Shown in pieces: positions 62,691 to 64,000 of a DNA stretch of 64,000 nucleotides. Source of the DNA: an uncultured delta proteobacterium (GTDB lineage: Bacteria > Desulfobacterota > Binatia > UBA9968); NCBI GenBank assembly GCA_963760795.1, contig CAVXEP010000029.1, forward strand, positions 32,001 through 96,000, given 5' to 3'. Each line of letters starts with the position of its first letter. The first letter of the stretch is position 1. The notes below the pieces were generated by a model. The model was given only the letters and a program-made list of their open reading frames with translations, did no database searches and was not told the DNA's origin. Position numbers and translations under genes: made by a program.

Positions 62691-63887
62691 TCAATTCCGG
62701 TAGAATCTTGCAATTGCGGCGACAACGGTTTCCTGCTGCGTGGCGGTCAACTCAGGATAGAGCGGCAGCGCCAGCACTTGGCCGGCCGCCAGTTCTGCAC
62801 GGGGGAAATCGCCCTGCTGGTAACCTAGATCGGCGAAACACTTCTGCAAGTGCAGCGGCAGGGGATAGTAGATCTCACTCTGAATGGAGGCGTCGGCGAG
62901 AAATTGTTTGAGTTCATCGCGGCGCTCGACACGAATACAGTAATTGTTAAACACATGGGATTTGTCCGCCGGCAATGGAGGGATGGCCACTACTTGATCG
63001 CCAACCAGTCCGCTGTCCATAAACATTTGATAGTAGGCGCGCGCCCGCGCGATCCTCGCCTCGCACCACACCTCCAAATATTGCAGTTTCACCGATAGCA
63101 CCGCGGCTTGCAGCGAATCGAGCCGCGAGTTGAGGCCGGTGACGTCATGGTGATACTTGGTGCTTTCGCCATGCATGCGCAGCATTCTTAATCGGCTTGC
63201 TAATTCCTGCGAATGGGCGCTTACCAAGCCACCGTCGCCGAAGCCGCCTAAATTTTTGCTGGGGAAAAACGAGAAACAGCCGAAATCGCCGATGGTGCCG
63301 GCAAACATTTCTTTGCCTGTGGCGGCCAGGCGCGCGCCGCAGGCTTGGGCGACGTCTTCGACGATCAGCAGGTGGAATTTCTCTGCCAGGGTCGCCAAAG
63401 CTTCCATGTCGCAAATCTGGCCGAACAGATGAACCGGCAGGAGCGCTTTGATGTGCGCGCCGGTTTTACCGTCGACGGTTTGGTCTTGTTTAATGACGCC
63501 GCGGTCGCGGAGAAATTCTTGGAGCTTTACCGCCGAGAGTAAATAGGAATCGCTATCGATGTCGACGAACAACGGCGTCGCGCCAAGGCGTGTAATCGAA
63601 GAGACGGTGGAGAAAAAGGTGAACGGCGTAGTGATCACCGCATCGCCAGGGCCGACGCCGAGTGCCATCAACGCCAACAATAGCGCGTCGCTGCCGGAAG
63701 CGACTCCGACGGCGTATTGGCAGCCAAGAAACGCGGCCATCTCGGTTTCGAATTGGTTAACCGCCGGGCCGAGGATGAATTGCTGGGATTCGGCGACCGT
63801 GTCGATGGCGTCGCGCACCTGATCGCGGATCGCCCCGTACTGAGCGCGCAGGTCAACGATGGGAATCTTGGGACTGGGATTAGACAC
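62691..63887 (-). CDS. DegT/DnrJ/EryC1/StrS PLP aminotransferase
   Basis: SGSDAL, PVHLFG, EDVAQA, SFFPSKNLG, NSRLD. Confidence 0.95.
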   Translation of the reverse strand: MSNPSPKIPIVDLRAQYGAIRDQVRDAIDTVAESQQFILGPAVNQFETEMAAFLGCQYAVGVASGSDALLLALMALGVGPGDAVITTPFTFFSTVSSITRLGATPLFVDIDSDSYLLSAVKLQEFLRDRGVIKQDQTVDGKTGAHIKALLPVHLFGQICDMEALATLAEKFHLLIVEDVAQACGARLAATGKEMFAGTIGDFGCFSFFPSKNLGGFGDGGLVSAHSQELASRLRMLRMHGESTKYHHDVTGLNSRLDSLQAAVLSVKLQYLEVWCEARIARARAYYQMFMDSGLVGDQVVAIPPLPADKSHVFNNYCIRVERRDELKQFLADASIQSEIYYPLPLHLQKCFADLGYQQGDFPRAELAAGQVLALPLYPELTATQQETVVAAIARFYRN

Positions 63888-64000
63888 GGGTCTTGAGTTG
63901 CGGGCGAGCGTCCCTTCAGAGCATTTTCGGCGACTTCGGAAAGCACTTGATCGTGGTCGTGATTCAGCGCAAAGACGCGAAATTGGACGATCTTCGACGG

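Noticed and set aside
63888-64000. 3' end of an upstream minus-strand gene (PSKIVQFRVFALNHDHDQ...)
   Set aside because: Probably coding, but too short to identify and its stop is ambiguous.

Overview
GC-rich bacterial chromosome segment that contains the replication origin. Deltaproteobacterial-type atp gene order plus many orphan solute-binding proteins suggest Binatota/'Binatia' or a relative (inference only). Core content: dnaA-dnaN with a bipartite oriC (DnaA boxes, DnaA-trios, AT cluster); a split F1Fo ATP synthase (bactofilin-atpF'FHAGDC left of oriC, hemL-atpZIBE right of it); and degT-gmhA-DHS-like-DUF62-dCMP deaminase at the right end. The rest is catabolic and transport genes: TRAP/TAXI, TctABC, about 10 orphan ABC-type binding proteins, a 2-oxoacid/acetoin dehydrogenase cluster with an atypical M24-fold enzyme, UbiD, benzoate-CoA ligase, amidohydrolase, two ICL/PEP-mutase enzymes and two bicupins. 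Best leads: (1) a bicupin plus an orphan EutA-like ATPase, with no eutBC in the window, apparently appended to the atp transcript; (2) the HIBADH-E1-M24(Asp>Cys)-E2 catabolic operon; (3) several families of palindromic short-tandem-repeat elements at gene junctions, some flanking PF04392/ORF6N cargo or entering coding sequence; (4) an ICL-superfamily enzyme lacking the KxCGH loop. About a dozen genes, including essential atpD, carry small indels, which points to unpolished long-read sequence, so frameshifts and deletion scars need read-level checking. No rRNA, tRNA, CRISPR or transposase was seen.
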